A DNA stretch of 64,000 bases from the human T2T-CHM13v2.0 reference genome, Homo sapiens: assembly GCF_009914755.1 (NCBI RefSeq), contig NC_060940.1, one strand, 5' to 3'. The notes under the pieces are model-generated. The model worked only from the letters and a program-made list of their open reading frames with translations. It did not search any database and had not been told where the DNA came from. This document shows positions 63,291 through 64,000 of the stretch, piece by piece. Each line of letters starts with the position of its first letter. Position 1 is the stretch's first letter. Made by a program: the position numbers and the translations under genes.

Positions 63291-63319
63291 ACAAGAGTTT
63301 GCAAACTATAACGCACAGG

Positions 63320-63450
63320 TAAATCACCTGGGAGTCTTGTTAAAATGCAGATTCTGGCACCACAGGTCAGAAGTGAGGCCTGAGAATCTGCATTTTGAAC
63401 AAGCTCCCTGGTGAAGCTGACCTGCTGGTCTGGGGACCACACTTTGAGAG
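63320..63450. mobile_element. MER5A-like MITE
   Basis: aatcacctggg...ttgttaaaatgcagattc...ggggaccacactttgaga. Confidence 0.75.
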
Positions 63451-63589
63451 TGAGAGTTTGCCATTATCAAACCCACAGAGCCCATTTACATCCTGGCAGG
63501 GATTAGAATCCAAGCCTCCAGGTAATCTAGTTATTGTTCATCTATCCCACATAGACCTTAGGAAGGTAACGATAAAATTCATCATCCCT

Positions 63590-63900
<311 letters not shown>

Positions 63901-64000
63901 TCATCATCCCAAATGTGACTTCTTGTAATAAGGAAAAAGGAGGTGCCGTTAATGATTCCTGGGGCCAGAGCAGGACTGTTTAAAGCAAATAGAGACTTAT

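Overview
Primate (almost certainly human) genomic DNA, dominated by interspersed repeats. It holds about 64 Alu elements or fragments (about 1 per kb), about 25 solo LTRs (ERV1/MER4-group, ERVL, MaLR) that are often nested, old L1/L2/MIR fragments and DNA transposons (MER1A, MER5, MER20, MER44, MER63, MADE1). I see no intact protein-coding gene and no CpG island; nearly all ORFs in the track are Alu/L1/LTR read-throughs. The non-transposon content is four retrotransposed cellular RNAs: (1) a decayed processed pseudogene of histone H3.3 (H3F3A-type CDS and 3'UTR) at ~61500-62728, 55 bp from an MLT2A LTR carrying a DUX4-type motif and showing a few H3.Y-like substitutions; (2) a U7 snRNA retrocopy at 931-990 (-); (3) a 28S rRNA fragment with target-site duplication (TSD) at 13752-13822; (4) an unidentified polyadenylated ~200-nt 3'-end retrocopy inside an MLT1 LTR at ~50317-50915 (-). 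Unique islands contain a candidate 57-nt spliced exon and several enhancer-like motif clusters. Repeat subfamily names are from recalled consensus sequences, not a database search. Boundaries are approximate unless a TSD is quoted.
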